From positions 124,001 through 188,000 of the forward strand of contig CATOCA020000002.1 in the NCBI GenBank assembly GCA_951406725.2: a stretch of DNA of 64,000 nt, given 5' to 3'. This document shows, piece by piece, positions 12,655-27,396 of this stretch. The position numbers were made by a program, and so were the translations under genes. This stretch comes from Octopus vulgaris (Eukaryota). Every line of letters starts with the position of its first letter. Positions within the stretch are counted from its first letter, which is position 1. Below the pieces are notes generated by a model. That model was not told the origin of the DNA and did not search any database. It saw only the letters and a program-made list of their open reading frames with translations.

Positions 12655-13245
12655 AAACATGAACAAGGACGAAAAAAAACAACGCGAGAATGTGGAATAA
12701 GTACAGTGTTATTGGACGCTCAGGAAAGGAAAGAAAAGAAAGAGGATTTCACGTTTTGAGCGGAGCTCTTCATCAGAAATAAAGAAAAAGTACAAAGAAA
12801 ATCATCAATGATACACTCACGGTCACATACACATATATAAATATATACATACATAGATATCTATATATATATACTTTATTTAAAAGCAGCAGAAAATTCA
12901 ACAAAACCTGTTACTCTGAGTTTCAGTAACAGGTTTTGTTGAATTTTCTGCTGCTTTTAAATAAAGCATATTACTCTACCACTGGTATTTGAGTACTCTT
13001 TTTTCCACCTTGTTTCACATTTATGTGTTTACTCCGGTATATATATACCAAAATGTAACCACATGTGGACCGTTGGTAATTTTTTTTCTCTGTCTTTCTT
13101 TTCTCTTGCACTTTCCTCCATCTCCTGTTTCTGATGAAGTGCTTTGTTCAAAACATAAAACTACCTTTCTTTCCATCCCTGAGCGTCTGCTACAATTTTG
13201 TATGTACCATGTTCTTGCGTTGTTTTTTTCTTGTTTTGTTTGGAT
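12655..13245. repeat. Diverged inverted pair of a Penelope pLTR-like repeat flanking a palindrome (12874-12966)
   Basis: 12655-12826 is the approximate reverse complement of 13050-13245. Each contains a ctgatgaa..aaaac hammerhead-like core. Confidence 0.65.
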
Positions 13246-15251
13246 ACTTTTGACAAAACTTTCATCAAATAATTGCTTATATCCTGTAGATTGAGTGTAT
13301 GTAAAGATTTGTTCAGAAAAAGTTTTCCGCATGTTTTGCAGAGAGGAGTTTTGGAAAATTCACAAGACCCAACATGTTCCCCCTCATAACTTTCTGGAAA
13401 ATGGGTATTTATTAATGAAATTTTATACAAATACCTTTCAGTGTTGATTATGATTACAAAGAAATTTGTAGGCAAAATTTTTGGAAGAGGGCATGGGGGC
13501 GGGGAGCATCTGGAAAACAGAGTTTCGGATCAGACGGCCCACATAAGTTGGAATTTTCCATTTTGAGAGGGACTTTTTTCAATGTTTTACACCAAAGTCT
13601 TCAGAATGATATGAGGCATCTTTTCACCAAAAAAAAAAAAAAAATGTTTTGAAAAATTTTGAAATTTTTTTCACCTCTGCCACCTCTTCACCATCCCAGT
13701 CCAAAATGATTTTGGCCATTTCTTTTTCACTATTCATTTAAGATGCATGTGAGAAACATTTTTGGTTTTAAAAAAAAAGTTCATAATTTCAGAAGATAAT
13801 ATGTGGTTTAAGGGGGATCTAGCTGTTGTTTCTAACACATCCCAAAACTTCCCTCCTCATTTCTTTCTCACTCACACATCTATTGATATTTTTCAATATT
13901 TTTCTCCACATAAACAAATTTTATGGAATGAGGATGTCAAAGTAACACACATGTAGTCTCAACCGAGCGAGGCTGTGTTATGTATGTGTGAAAGAGAAAA
14001 AACACCTAAAAAAACATCTTTAGTGTTCATATCAATCTGTCAAATATAATGCTTATTTGTTCATGTTATTTTGAATTATTCAGGTTCAAGAATGGTGTCC
14101 ACAATTTTTGCTTATAACTTTGTAAATTTTTTACGTACAGATTTGAAATTTTGTTAGTGGGTGCTTTATATACCACTGGTTTATAGTTATGTAATTTTAG
14201 CTGATCTTGCTGAGTATATTTGACTTCTGTGGCAGGTAAATTTAATTGACAGGTGTAAAAGCAATAACATTATGGATAAACACTAAAACTGAAATTCTAA
14301 ATGCATCTTACCTGTTTGATTTGCTCTTAAAATTATCCCAGATGGCAACCAACAAAAATTTTGCCACTTCTCAGGATGAGATACATTAATTTGAATTAAT
14401 GAAAATACAGGTATAATCGGAACAAGGCTGTATTCTTTCAGTAAATATTTTGTACCTCAGTGCGGGATAATTTTTTTCCACAGTTTTTCTCAGGTGCATT
14501 CAACGTATCTGACCTCCAAACCCAATGCAAGCCACTTTTTTCCAGAAAAGAAAGGTGAGAGGGGTGGTGGGAATCTTGAAGTTTCCCACCAAGGGAGTTT
14601 TGTTTTGCAGGTTGTTTTTTCTTTTCCAGGTATTTTGCATGCTTTCAACAAATGTGACACTGAAATTACATGTAAATGGCTCCTTTTTATAGAAAAGGAA
14701 AGATTTGACTGCTATTCCTAGCATGCTCTTCTACCACATAACAGGTATTTGTGTTTACAATGAAATATTTGCAGTCACACCGAAATATTTACCAACTTTT
14801 TTCCACTTTATGGAAGTCAATATTTTCTCTGTTGACATCCACTTCAGTGAGGTCACAGGTCAACTGGAAACACATCATTTGACGGGACTAAGAAATTTCC
14901 TGCTGTCTTTACAAGCAACAAGCGGGTGCATTTGGTTTCAAATGAAGGCAGGGCCAAACAAGGTCCTACAAGTTATTTATAATAATAAGTGGCATTATAT
15001 TGGGGTTGAAAGAATGACCAATACAATATTAAATATGCTGAGACAATTTGAAAACAATAGAAACTTTTAAACGTTTACTGATTTTTATGAAATTTTGGGT
15101 TAACAAGACTTGAATTAAAAGAAGCTAAATGTAACTGAAGTTAATTAGTCCGATAATGATTTTCAAAGTTAACTTCAAAGTTGAATTGTTAACAAAAATG
15201 TTAACTTTGTTAATTTACATGAACGAACTTATGCCCGGCTCTGCATATATG

Positions 15252-15357
<106 letters not shown>

Positions 15358-15385
15358 TATAGACATATATATACATATACACGTA

Positions 15386-15417
<32 letters not shown>

Positions 15418-15420
15418 CTA

Positions 15421-15930
15421 CTAGCAGCTAAACCTGGTTGGTTTGGATGATGTGGCTCTGGAGGATGTAAAACCTTCTCTGTGTAAGCATTCGACTTGTT
15501 TGGGCATGCTTACATTAAAAAACAATTTTAGAATGACTTTTTCCTGTCAAAATGCTAAAGATAACTGACCAACATAAAAAAAAAACCAAGATTCAACCAA
15601 ATCAAAAAATAAACCCAAATACTAAGTGAACAAAGATGAACCATCCTATTTCCATTGCACACGCACACACACATTCACATACCCCCCTTTTACATACACA
15701 CACATATATTCACACAGAGTTGAAATGCTCACCCCTTCCTTCCTTATTCATAGATACAAGAGTATTATTACAGTAGATTATCTTGGTAACCATGAATAGA
15801 ATACAAAGCCCAGCATCACCACCAGATCATTCTACACATCTGTGTAATTTTTCGTGCAATTCCAACCAGCTGTTTGATTGTGAATCCCAAGACAAGAAAG
15901 AATCACCCATGTCAAATTTATATGTATAGA
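15421..15930 (-). mobile_element. Non-autonomous Helitron
   Basis: Minus strand begins A|TCtatacatataaa and ends gctgCTAG|T, with no target-site duplication. Confidence 0.65.
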
Positions 15931-16064
15931 TTAAAAGTGAAACAATACAAAAGTGAAAATATTATATCACATTACAAAAAAAATGTTATTGTTTCCTTTT
16001 GACATGTAATACTGAAATAGTCTAAGAGATTGCTCCAGGCTTGCATTAGGCAATACATACATAC

Positions 16065-16100
<36 letters not shown>

Positions 16101-16146
16101 CAAAGTGAAGTTGTAAGGTACCACATGAGTGGAGTTATATATGATA

Positions 16147-16477
16147 GAAGGTTTGAAAATGCAATTTTAAAGATGTTTATTCACTTGACCAGTTTCACTT
16201 TTTTAGAAAAAGATTGTCAAAAGTAACATGTAAAAGCTTTGTTGTGTTAGGTACTGGTTGTCACAAAATATTACAATACATATATACATTCTTTGATAAT
16301 AATAAGAACATGTTAAAAACAATTTGCAAGGAAATGAATATATATATTGTAATATTTTGTGACAACCAGTACCTAACACAACAAAGCTTTTACATGTTAC
16401 TTTTGACAATCTTTTTCTAAAAAAGTGAAACCGGTCAAGTGAATAAACCTTTTTTTAAATTGCATTTTCAAACTTTC
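16147..16477. repeat. Fold-back inverted repeat, ~140-bp arms
   Basis: tcacttgaccagtttcactttttt.. pairs with ..aaaaaagtgaaaccggtcaagtga. The mirrored ORFs 16203-16409(-) and 16214-16420(+) have identical ends. Confidence 0.95.
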
Positions 16478-16503
16478 TTTCAAATATATATATATATACA
16501 TAT

Positions 16504-16548
<45 letters not shown>

Positions 16549-16608
16549 TATATATACATATATACACATACATACATATATATATATACATATATACACA
16601 TACATACA

Positions 16609-16653
<45 letters not shown>

Positions 16654-16697
16654 TATAGTGAAATTATTAAAAGTGAAACTATATATCACATTACAAT

Positions 16698-19600
16698 AGA
16701 GGGCCTACCAAATGAACAAAAGGTATACTTTTATGATAGTCTTCTGCAGGTTACCTCTAAGACGAGCGACAATGATGTCATCTTCATGGCTGGTAATTTC
16801 AATGGGCATGTTGGACGGCAGGCCAGTATCTTCCATGACATAAATGGGGGCCATGGAATTGGTTCCTGAAACAAAGAGATAACAAGGCTACTGGAGTTCT
16901 TGTGATGCAAATAACCTATTGATCTGCAACACCAACTTCAGGAAGCCGGCTAGCCACCTAATAACTTATCAATCAGGTGATTGTGCAAGTCAGATCAATT
17001 ACATTCTCATCAGACAGTGGGATGCATGGTTGCTCTTAAATACAAAAATCCTCCCTGGTGAAGAATGTGCCCCCCCTCCCTCCCAACATAGTGACTTTAG
17101 ACTCCAGGCCAGAAGGATACCAAGAAGCAGACCAATCTGGAAAAGAAGGATTTGGAAGCTTAAGGGCCTTTCATATGGTCAGAGATTTAGAGACATCCTA
17201 ATTCAGAAATTTGATGAGAGGGAGGAGGAGCTACAGACCTGGGACGTAGAGGGTAACTGGGAATTCCTGCAGGACAGCTTGTTGAGTGTCACAGACCAAA
17301 TCTGCAGCTGGTGCAAAGTCCCATCTAGACCTAGGGTGGAACGATGCTGTAGACAGGGCCATTAGAGCAAAGGAATAGGCCTGGGAGAGTGGGGGTAGAA
17401 GGGAACTGTATCAGATAGCCAGAAGGGAAGCTACGAGACAGGTATATCTAGCCAAGAGGGAAGCAGAAAAGAAGTTTGCCTATGTTCAGCAACACAAGGA
17501 CCAAAGAACTGAAGTGTTTCAGCTAGCAAGAGAGTAAGAGAAAATTACAATGTCATAGGAGAGAAAAGTGTCCACATGAATGATTTTGCACTTGCTTTTA
17601 ATGATTTTGCAAAGAAAGAAGCTTGGAAATGCCATTATGAAAGACTGCTGAATGTGAAGAATGAAGGGGAGGAGAGTCTGTCAAATGTTGACCCAACTGA
17701 GGGACCAGCTACCCAAATTGACAGTACATTGGTAGAAGGATATGAAGACAGGGAAAGTCCCTGGCTCATCAGAACCACTGCTGAGATGCTTAAAATATCT
17801 GGTGGTGTGGGTTATGGTCTAGTCACCTGTATTGTAAATCATGTGGTTCACAAAGGAGTCATACCCAATCACTGGTGTAGTAACACCATAGTCAATGGTT
17901 ACAAAGGTAAAGGTGATGCTTCAGATAGAAATAACTACAGTGGTATCAAATTGTTGGATTAGGTCATGAAAGTTACAGAGAGGGTCATAGCTCAACTAAT
18001 TAGGGAGAGAGTCAGTCTAGATGAGCTTCAGTTTGGTTTTGTGCCAGGGAGAAGCTATATTTCTGGTAAGGCAGCTGCAGGAGAAATATATAGCCAAAGA
18101 TAAATCTTTGTACTTGGCTTTTGTTGATTTGGAGAAAGCTTTTGACAGGGTTCTCCATTCCCTTATCTGGTGGCCAATGCGGAAAGTAAGGATAGTTGAG
18201 TGGTTGGTGAGAACTGTACAAGCCATGTACAAGGATGCTACCAGTAAGGTGAGGGTTGGCAACGAATACAGAGAAGAATCCAGGCTACAAGTTGGGGTTC
18301 GCCAAAAATCAGTCCTCAGCTCCCTCTTGTTCATCATAGCCCTCTAAGCAATAACAGAGGAATTTAAGACAGGCTGCCCTCGGAATTTCCTCTATGCTGA
18401 CAACCTTGTTCTTATAGCTGAATCACTACCAGAACTTAAGAAGTTCCAGGTATAGAAGCAAGGTCTAGAATCAAAGGACCTTAGATTTAACCTAGCAAAA
18501 ATCAAAGTCTTAGTAAGTAGGAAAGCGGACAAATCATTGGCCCTGCTCAATCTGTAGAAAAGGTGTAGGTAGAAACTGCATAAGATGCACCTGGTGTAAG
18601 CTTTGAACATATAAAAGGAGCAGCAATATAAGAGGAAGGTTAACAGGGAAAATAGTGTTTACATGTGGAAGATGTACAGGTACAATAAATGCTGAAAATA
18701 TATAGAAAATAGATTCTATCAACTGCCATGGAGGCAAGCTAGAGATAGTAGATAGCTTCCGTTATGTAGGTGACCAAGTTAGTAGCATAGGTGGATGTTC
18801 CAAGAGTGTAGCTGTGAGAATAAGATTAGGTGGGGCAAAGTTCAGAGAGCTCCTAACTCTGCTGGCAACAAAGGGTCTCTCTCACAGATTGAAAGGCAGA
18901 TTGTATGATGCCTGTGTGCAAACAACTATGTTACATGGCAGTGAAATGCGGGCTGTGACAGCCGAGGACATGTGTAGGCTTGAAAGTAATGAAGCCAGTA
19001 TGCTTCGCTGGATGTGTAATGTCAATGTGCATGTTCAACAGAGTGTAAGCATCTTGAGAGAAAAGCTGGACACGAGAGGCATCAGATATGGTGTGCACGA
19101 GAGATGACTGTGCTGCTGTGGCCATGTGTTGCATATGGACAAGGACAGCTGCATAAAGAGGTTCTGATTTCTAACTGTGGAGGGAGCTTGTGGCAGAGGT
19201 AGACCTAGGAAGACATGGGACGACGCAGTGAAGCATGATCTTCAAACTGTGGGCCTCACAGAGGCAATGACTAGTGACTGAAACCATTGGTGATATGCTG
19301 TGCTTCAGAAGACCCATCAAATCATAGTCATGGCTGATGCTGGTGTCATGTAACTGGAACCCATGCTGGTGGCATGTGAAAAGCACTGTTCAAGCATTGG
19401 GCCTCACGGAAGCAAAGTAGCTGAGCTCCTTTTGAGTGTTGGGCCTCATGGCTGCAGTGACTAAAACTTTTGGTATTATGTCAGGCTTGAGAAGACCCAT
19501 CAAGCCAAGTAAAATCACAGTTGTGGAAGATACTGGTGTCATGCAAATAGCACTTGTGCCAGTGGCACATAAAAGCACCCATTACACTCTTGGAGTAGTT

Positions 19601-19735
19601 GGCGCTATGAAGAGCATCCAGCTATAGAAACCAGGCCAAATCAGACTGCACTTTGGTGCAGCCTTCCAGCTGGCCAGCTCTGGTCAAACCGTCCAACCCA
19701 TGCCAGCATGGACAATAGACATTAAGTGATAATGA
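16698..19735 (+). mobile_element. Decayed RTE LINE (APE C-terminus, RT, 3' UTR)
   Basis: AGNFNGHVG, INYIL, YKGKGD..NYSGIKLL, FVDLEKAFDRV, YADNL and LHGSE motifs. Many stops. Confidence 0.9.
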
Positions 19736-19769
19736 TGTACAATGTATATGCATACAATGTGTGTGTCTG

Positions 19770-21380
19770 CGTCCTCCAGAGGATCAGTGAAATACTGAAT
19801 GTGCAATACAAGAGAGCTTTCACAACTCCACTGGGACACTTTCAAGTAGGTATGCCTAATGAGTTCTTTGGCTCCACAGATCTACACAACAAAATGGCAA
19901 TTATCAACAGAACCAGCATAGAGTAAACTGATGTGATATCAGCCACTGATGAGATGAGCACAAACTCAGCAACAGGTTCTGACGGATTCCGAGCAATCCT
20001 CCTGAAGAAATGCAAAGGGGCTCTAGCTAGACCACTTCAGATTCTCTTTCAGAGCTTCCTCACAACAGGGAGACTTCCCAAAAAGTTAAAGGAAGGCATT
20101 ATATGCCCTATCCACAAGGGAATTGGCAGAGCAGACACTAAGAATTATAGACTTGGTCTCTCTAACTTCCCATGTCAGCAAAGTCATGGAGCGCACTGAG
20201 AGGAAGAAACTAATCTCCTTCCTTGAAGATAATGTTTTGCTTCTTGACACCCAGCATGGCTTTTGCTCCAGCAGAAGCTGCCTTACATAGCTTTTGCAAC
20301 ACTATGATTGGGCGTTTAAACAATTATTGAATCACTCAAATGTGGATGTGATATATCTTGATTTTGCAAAGGCCTTTGATAAAGTTAATATGTCACAAAC
20401 TACAGAGACTCAGCATAACTGAGAAAATTGGAGAGTGCTTGCATGACTTCTAAAACGACAGAAGCCAGGTTGTAGCTTTCTCCACAGAGGCATTAATAGA
20501 AAGTGGAGTGCCTCAGGGAACTGTATTGGGGCCACTACTGTTCATGGTGGCTCTTTTCGACATGCATCAGTTGCACAGATAGCCTTACTTAATAGTTATG
20601 CTGATGACACAAAAGTAGTACAAGCAGTCAAGGAACCGTCTGATGCTAATCTTCTACAGAAAGACCTAGATGCCATATTATAAATAGGCTGAGGACAAGA
20701 ACATGCAATTTAATGCAGGCAAATTCCAAGCCCTCTGCTACCAGCTAATTGGTGCTCAGAAGTCGCAACAACAATACTTTGGGTGAAAAGGAGCAGAAAT
20801 CCAAGAAGCAAATACAGTGCGTGATCTTGGGATTGACATCAGCAACAATGCCTTGTTTCACTTGCATGTCAGCAAGATGGTGGCAGTGTGCAGGCGAATG
20901 GCCGGATGGATTCTGAGAACCTTCAGAAGAAGGGACCAGGAAACTATGCTGGTCCTATGGAGGACATTTGTCCTCAGCTATCTGGACTATGCTCTCAACT
21001 ATGGTCACCCTACACTGTAGGATTAATAGTAGAACTTGAGGCAATTCAGAGATACTACATGAAGAAGATTGCATCAATGGAACAGCTGAGCTACTGGGAG
21101 AGACTGAAAGAGCTATGGCTCTACTCCCTGGAGTGAAAACGGGAGAGATATATGTATGGAAGATACTGGAGGGAATGGCACCAAATTTTGAATTGAGAGT
21201 TATAACAGATGTCAAAATGGATGTCGCTGCACTGTTCCTAAAGTCCCAACTGTATCATCTAGGGCGAGGAACATGTACTGCAATAACTTGGGATTCAAGG
21301 CCCACAGCTACTTAGCTCCTGGCTAAAACATCTGAGGGACCTTCATGGAGTTGGAGTAGATGTTTTCAAGAAACACCTCG
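19770..21380 (+). mobile_element. Decayed CR1-group LINE RT fragment
   Basis: GSDGF..LLKKC, QHGF..RSC, DVIYLDFAKAFDKV, SGVPQGTVLGPLLF, YADDTK and LYSLE motifs. Confidence 0.85.
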
Positions 21381-22340
21381 CCACACAGAGTAGAAATGAG
21401 ATGTTCAGATAAGCAACTTTGTATTCCAACCTAGCACACATCTAAAACCTCTTTTTCAGCACAAATTATAATTACTTTATTATTTAATTTCATTATCTAT
21501 GTTTTTAAATATGGTTTCGTCTTCCATGCTGTATGTTTAGAGAAAAAACTTAAGATCCCTACACTCAATCCAGCTCTCCCTCTTTCACGCTCATTTATCA
21601 TTGTTCTCCATTCATTTATCTAATTTCATTGCAGTTTGGCTGACCAAAAACTGTTGGTTATAGCTCTAGTTAAGAATGCAAATGCCCAATTCTATCTCAT
21701 TATTATCATTACTACTCTTTCACACCAGCAGCCTGAGTTTTTGCTGTTTTGCAGTGCTCAATTCTCTCTCATTATTAGAATTACTATTCTTCTTTCACGC
21801 CAGAAGAAGCAATGTTAAACCCATTCATTCAATTATATTACCCTAAATCCCCAAATTCCATCTCCTCATGTTCTGTCTTTGATCAGCTTAACTCTGGCCT
21901 CTCTCTCTCTCTCTGTTTCATTAACCACTTGCTTCTTCCAACACTTTATCTCCACTCCCCACCCTATATAAACTAGCTCATTCAGATTCCTCTACCTCAT
22001 ATTTTTAATACCTTGCCACATGGAGTAGAAAACAGATGTTCAGATAAGCAACTTTGTTTTCCAACCTAGCACACATCTCAAACGTCTTTTTCAGGGCAAA
22101 TTATAATTACTTTATTATTTCATTTCGTTATATCCCTACACTCAATCCAACTCACTCTTTATCCCTTCTCCCCCTCTTTCACGCTCATTTATTATTGTTA
22201 TTTATTCATTCATTTATCTAATTTTGTTACAGTTTGGCTGACCGAAAACTGTTTGTTATAACTCTAGTTAAGAACTCTATCTCATTGCTATCATTACTAC
22301 TCTTTCACACCAGCAGCCTGAGTTTTTGCTTTTTCACGGT
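21380..22340 (+). repeat. Diverged direct repeat (~21380-21760 / ~22014-22340) upstream of an RTE ORF
   Basis: agatgttcagataagcaactttgt..ccaacctagcacacatct..cacaccagcagcctgagtttttgct occurs twice. Confidence 0.8.
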
Positions 22341-22629
22341 GCACCTGCTCTTCCCACCCCCACTATCTGTATTGGAAGTCTTTATCCTCTGATCTCTACC
22401 GGATGTTTTTCCCAAGAACACCTCCAAAGGCTTCATGTTCCCTCATCCCTACTTAGGGTTAATCTCTTATGTAATGTAGTGATTATGTACCGCATAAAAT
22501 GGTGTAGTGTATTCAGGTTGAAGGCTATTGTATGTTTATGAGTTCTGCCAAATGTGAGCTTTCTTTTCAGGTACATGATGCTGCTGTTCCCCATCCCAGG
22601 GTCTTGCGGGGCCACATTGTCCACACCCT

Positions 22630-24990
22630 CAGAGTTGGCACACCAAAAGGTATGTCTGGGAAATTGTTGAGATGCTTGAACAGAGACATGTAGATTTGTG
22701 CTGCATCCAAGAAGTAAGGTGGAGAGGAAGTTCTGCTAGGTTATTCACAGGCAAAGAACATAGGTATAAGATTTTCTGGGCAGGGAACACTGATGGGGTT
22801 GGGGGTGTGGATATACTTCTTGTGGAGAAATGGGTTGATAAGGTAATCAAGGTAGTCAGAGTCAGTGACAAAACTTATCATTAGATTAATGCTGCAACAT
22901 GGATTAACAACCATTATATCGGCTTATGCCCCACAGCTGGAGCTACCTGATGAACAAAAAGACCGATTTTATGACATCCCCTTGCAGACTACTTTGTCGA
23001 CGAATAATAGCGACCTTCTCTTTGTGGCTGGCAACTTCAATGGGCATGTTGGACAACATGCCAGAGGCTTCCATGGCACACATGGAAGCTATGGTTTTGG
23101 TTCCTTCAATGAGGAGAGAACCAGGCTGCTGGAGTTCTATGATGCAAATGATCTTATGGTTTGTGATATTAACTTCGGGAAACCTGTCAGTCACCTATTC
23201 ACCTACTGGTCTGGTGGACACAATAGTCAAATTGACTACATCCTCACCAGGAAATGGGAAAGATGGCTACTTATAAATGCCAAAACCTTCCCAGGTAAAG
23301 AATGCATCCCACAACATAGATTAGTAGTTAGCGACTTCAGGATCAGGGCTTTATGGATGCCCAGAATATGACCAGCATGGAGAAGAAGGGTCTGGAAGCT
23401 TAAGGATTCTGTGAATGGATAGAAATTTAGAGATGTATTACTCGAAGCTTTTGATGAAATAGAGAAAGATATAGCTTCACATGATGTGGAAGACAACAGG
23501 AGGTTTCTACGGGACAAGCTGTTGAGGGCTACTGACCAGATCTGTGAGTGGTGCAAAGTCCCCTCTCGACCCCCAGGTAACATGGTGGTGGAACAATGAA
23601 GTGAACAGGGCCATTAGGGAAAAGAAACAGGCATGGAAGGACTGGAAGAATGGTGAAAGCAGGGAATTGTATCAGATTGCCAGAAGGGAAATTGGGGGAC
23701 AGGTTTACTTAGCCAGAGGAGAAGCTGATACGAAAAAAAAAATTGTCAATGTTCTGCGTTGTGAGGACCAAAGACTTGAAGTGTTTCATGTTGCAAGACA
23801 GTGTATGAGAGAGAATCATGATGTCATAGGAGAGAAATGTGTCAGCATGGATGATGGTGCAATTGAATTTAATGAGGCTGCAAAGAGAGAGACTTGGCGA
23901 TGCCTCTATGAGAGGTTGCTAAATGAAGAGAATGAATGGGAGAGAGTCTGCCGAATGTTGACCCAATAGAGGGACCAGCTATCCGAATTGACAGTACCTT
24001 GGTAGATAAAGCAATTAAGGGTATGAAGACAGGGAAAGCCCCCGGCCCATCAGAAATCACCACAGAGATGCTAAAAATATCTGGCAGTGTTGGCTGTAGT
24101 CTAGTCACCTGTATAGTCAATCAGGTGATACATGAAGGAGTCACACCCAATGACTCGTGTAGCTGCACCATAGTCAACTGCTACAAAGGTAAGGGTGATG
24201 CATTAGATACGAATAATTACAGAGGTATCAAGTTGTTGGATCAGGTAAGGAAGGTCAGGGAGAGGGTCATAGCCCAACTAATTAGGGAGTGAGCTAGTTT
24301 AGATGAGATGCAGTTTGGGTTCGTGCCAGGGAAAAGCACCACTGATGCTATATTCCTGATAAGACAGCTGCAGGAGAAATACCTAACCAAAGATAAACCT
24401 CTGTACCTGGCTTTCATTGACATGGAGAAAGTTTTTTAGCAGGGTCCCCCGATTCCTTATCTGGTGGTCAATGTAGAAAATAGGATAGATGAGTGGTTAA
24501 TGAGAGTTGTACATGTATGCTGTCAGTAAGGTGAGAGTCAGCAATGAGTACAGTGAAGAATTCCAGGTAGAAGTAGGGGTTCACCAAGGATCAGTCCTCA
24601 GTCTCTTCTTATTCATCATAGTCCACCTGGCAATAACAGAGGAATTGAAGACAGGATGCCCCTGGGAGCTGGTCTATGCTGATGACCTTGCTCTAACAGC
24701 TGAGTCACTATCAGAACTAGAGGAGAAGTTTCAGGTGTAGTAGCAAGGTCTATAATTGAAGCACCATTCAAGTGTGGTCAATGCCAGTACTTCCTGACTC
24801 ACCCTTATGCCGGTGGCATGCAAAAGCACCTGCTACATTCTCAGAGTGGTTGGCATTAGGAATGGCATCCAGCTGTAGAAACTTTGCCAGATCAGATTGG
24901 AGCTTGGTGCAGCCTTCTGGCTTGCCAGCCCTCAGCCAAACCATCCAACCCATGCCAGCATGGAAAGTGGAGGTTAAATGATGATGATGA
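22630..24990 (+). mobile_element. Decayed RTE LINE (APE endonuclease + RT), internally deleted, then 3' tail
   Basis: DLCCIQEVRW, SAYAPQ, GNFNGHVG, QIDYIL, GKAPGP, QFGFVPGKSTTDA and VYADDL motifs. Confidence 0.9.
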
Positions 24991-25191
24991 ACTTGACTGC
25001 TTAGTATTCAAGATCTCAGATGAACCAATATCAAGGCCAGAAACTCAAAATAGGGCAGCGGTATCGAATTCCCTCCTTAACCAGAAGCCAAACCGATAGA
25101 ATTGGCCAATTAAAAGGTGATTACAATGGCAGTGCCCCAGTATGCCCACAGCCTCAGGACTGAAACATAAAAGAATAAAAGAACATATGTG

Positions 25192-25223
<32 letters not shown>

Positions 25224-25710
25224 GCGAACCATCCGATCGTGGCCGTTGCCAGCGCCGCCCCGACTGGCCTCCGTGCCGGTGGCACGTAAAAAGCATCATC
25301 CGTTCGTGGCCGTTGCCAGCCTCGCCCGGCTTCCGTGCCGGTGGCACGTAGCACCATCCGTTCGTGGTCGTTGCCAGCCTGGCCTGGCCCCCGTGCCGGT
25401 GGCACGTAAAAGCACCATCCGTTTGTGGCCGTTGCCAGCCTCACCTGGCCCCCGTGCCGGTGGCACGTAAAAAGCACCATCCGTCCGTGGCCGTTTGCCA
25501 GCTCTGTCTGGCACCTGTGCAGGTGGCACGTAAAAAGCACCCACTACACTCACGGAGTGGTTGGCGTTAGGAAGGGCATCCAGCCGTAGAAACACTGCCA
25601 GATCAGACTGGGCCTGATGCAGCCTTCCGGCTTCACAGACCCCAGTTGAACCGTCCAACCCATGCTAGCATGGAAGGCGGACGCTAAATGATGATGATGA
25701 TGATGATGAT
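25224..25710 (+). mobile_element. RTE 3'-UTR-derived element with ~58-bp tandem repeats and a (GAT)n tail
   Basis: Repeated ccgtgccggtggcacgtaaaaagcaccatccg, with the same tail as the 3930-4092 and 6775-6938 copies. Another copy lies at ~35160-35585. Confidence 0.8.
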
Positions 25711-26074
25711 ATATTACTGGTAAATATAGACTGCTCTACTTCTCAGGATTTATGTTTTTCTAAATTTATGTTTTTTGTGTGTGTGTGTGTGTGTGTATAG
25801 ATGCACATATATATGTACATACACATTGTGTGTATGTATATATATTATATCTTACATACAAGTACACATGTATGCAATCATAGGACGGGCAGCATATTTG
25901 ATTATCTTTAATTAGAAAATTCTATAACAGTGAACACGTTCATTTCTTCAAAACACTCATTCTTTTGGGAAGTTAGTGGAGACCATAGAAGTGGGTTGTT
26001 GTAACTTAGCATTACCAGAAATCGTAAATGTAATTGATAATGAATATTTGTATCACAGTAATCTCCCCTGGTAC

Positions 26075-26129
<55 letters not shown>

Positions 26130-27354
26130 CACATACATACTATTATTATTACTATGTCAAAAAATTAGTTGCAAATCATTATTATTTAGAGATGATTAAT
26201 CAATCACAGTACCTTTCTAAATTACAGTGCTTACCCAATACTTGTAATGGGGTTTAATTTTTTACAGACTCCTCATTCAACTGTCTTCAAGTACTCCATG
26301 TATATTCATATGATTCTCACATCAAGGTTTGGATGGAAGGTATCTTATAGGTTTGTATGAATTGATAAAACAATAATTGTGTGAAAGAGAAGAGTAGATG
26401 TATGTATCTTTGAAAATATGGACAATATACACATTTGAAATAGAAAGGAACTTAGTACTTATTTCTGAAGTTGCTAAGTTGATTTGAAGTATGGATGCTG
26501 AATATCAGTATGTGCTAAATATCATAAAATTCTTATATAGGCACAAGGTCTACAAATTTTGTGAGTAGTTAAGGAAGGGGGTGAAGACTTTAGTCATTTT
26601 AATAGACCCCAGTTACTTGACTGGTATTTTATTTTAATGGCATCTGCTGCATCAGTAAGATAAAAGACCAATAAGTCAATCTTGGTCGATCTAAACTCTG
26701 AACATGAAGGGACATAACTTTAGGCTAACACTACTGATATGTACGGCCCTTGTGCTTATGTAAAAATGAGTAATTTAAAAAATAAATATGTTAAAATGAT
26801 GATGTTTATAAACATTGTAGAAAATATGGAATTATAACAGAAAATGACAGTAAAAGTATATAACATATCTTAAAGATTATACTTTTGATGACAAACAGAA
26901 TAATGTGGCTTGCATATTAGCTGCTGATTCAGCAATAGGCATTGTTATTCATACAGCTATCACAGTACTATCTTAAATTTTTTTGTTCTTACTGTAAAGA
27001 AATAAGAAAATAAAAGTTCCAAGTGAAACAGCTCTGTTAACAGTACTCCCAGACTAAAACCCAACAAAGATTTTCAGCTACAAAATAATCTATAACACCA
27101 ATGTTAATAATAAACTGGAGTAATATGCTTAATGAGCTTGGCAGACAACCCTTATAAAAAGACAGCAATGCCCTAAATTTACATGATTACATTCATATAA
27201 TTGATAAATGGATGACGGAAATCTCCAGCTTGATAGGATGCTCGTTTACTGTCACAAGATATGCCTTGCAGCAGATTTCAAATCATGACCCATAAACTAG
27301 TAGTATAATAGATAGCTACTGAACCATTTAGTTTCATGCATGGAAAAGTGAGTA

Positions 27355-27396
<42 letters not shown>

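Noticed and set aside
12002-12759. Long Y/I/C/V-rich ORFs
   Set aside because: Translations of TA/CA microsatellites.
26230-26350. Possible downstream exon of the host gene (minus-strand gtaagc donor)
   Set aside because: Stops in all three minus-strand frames and no clear acceptor.
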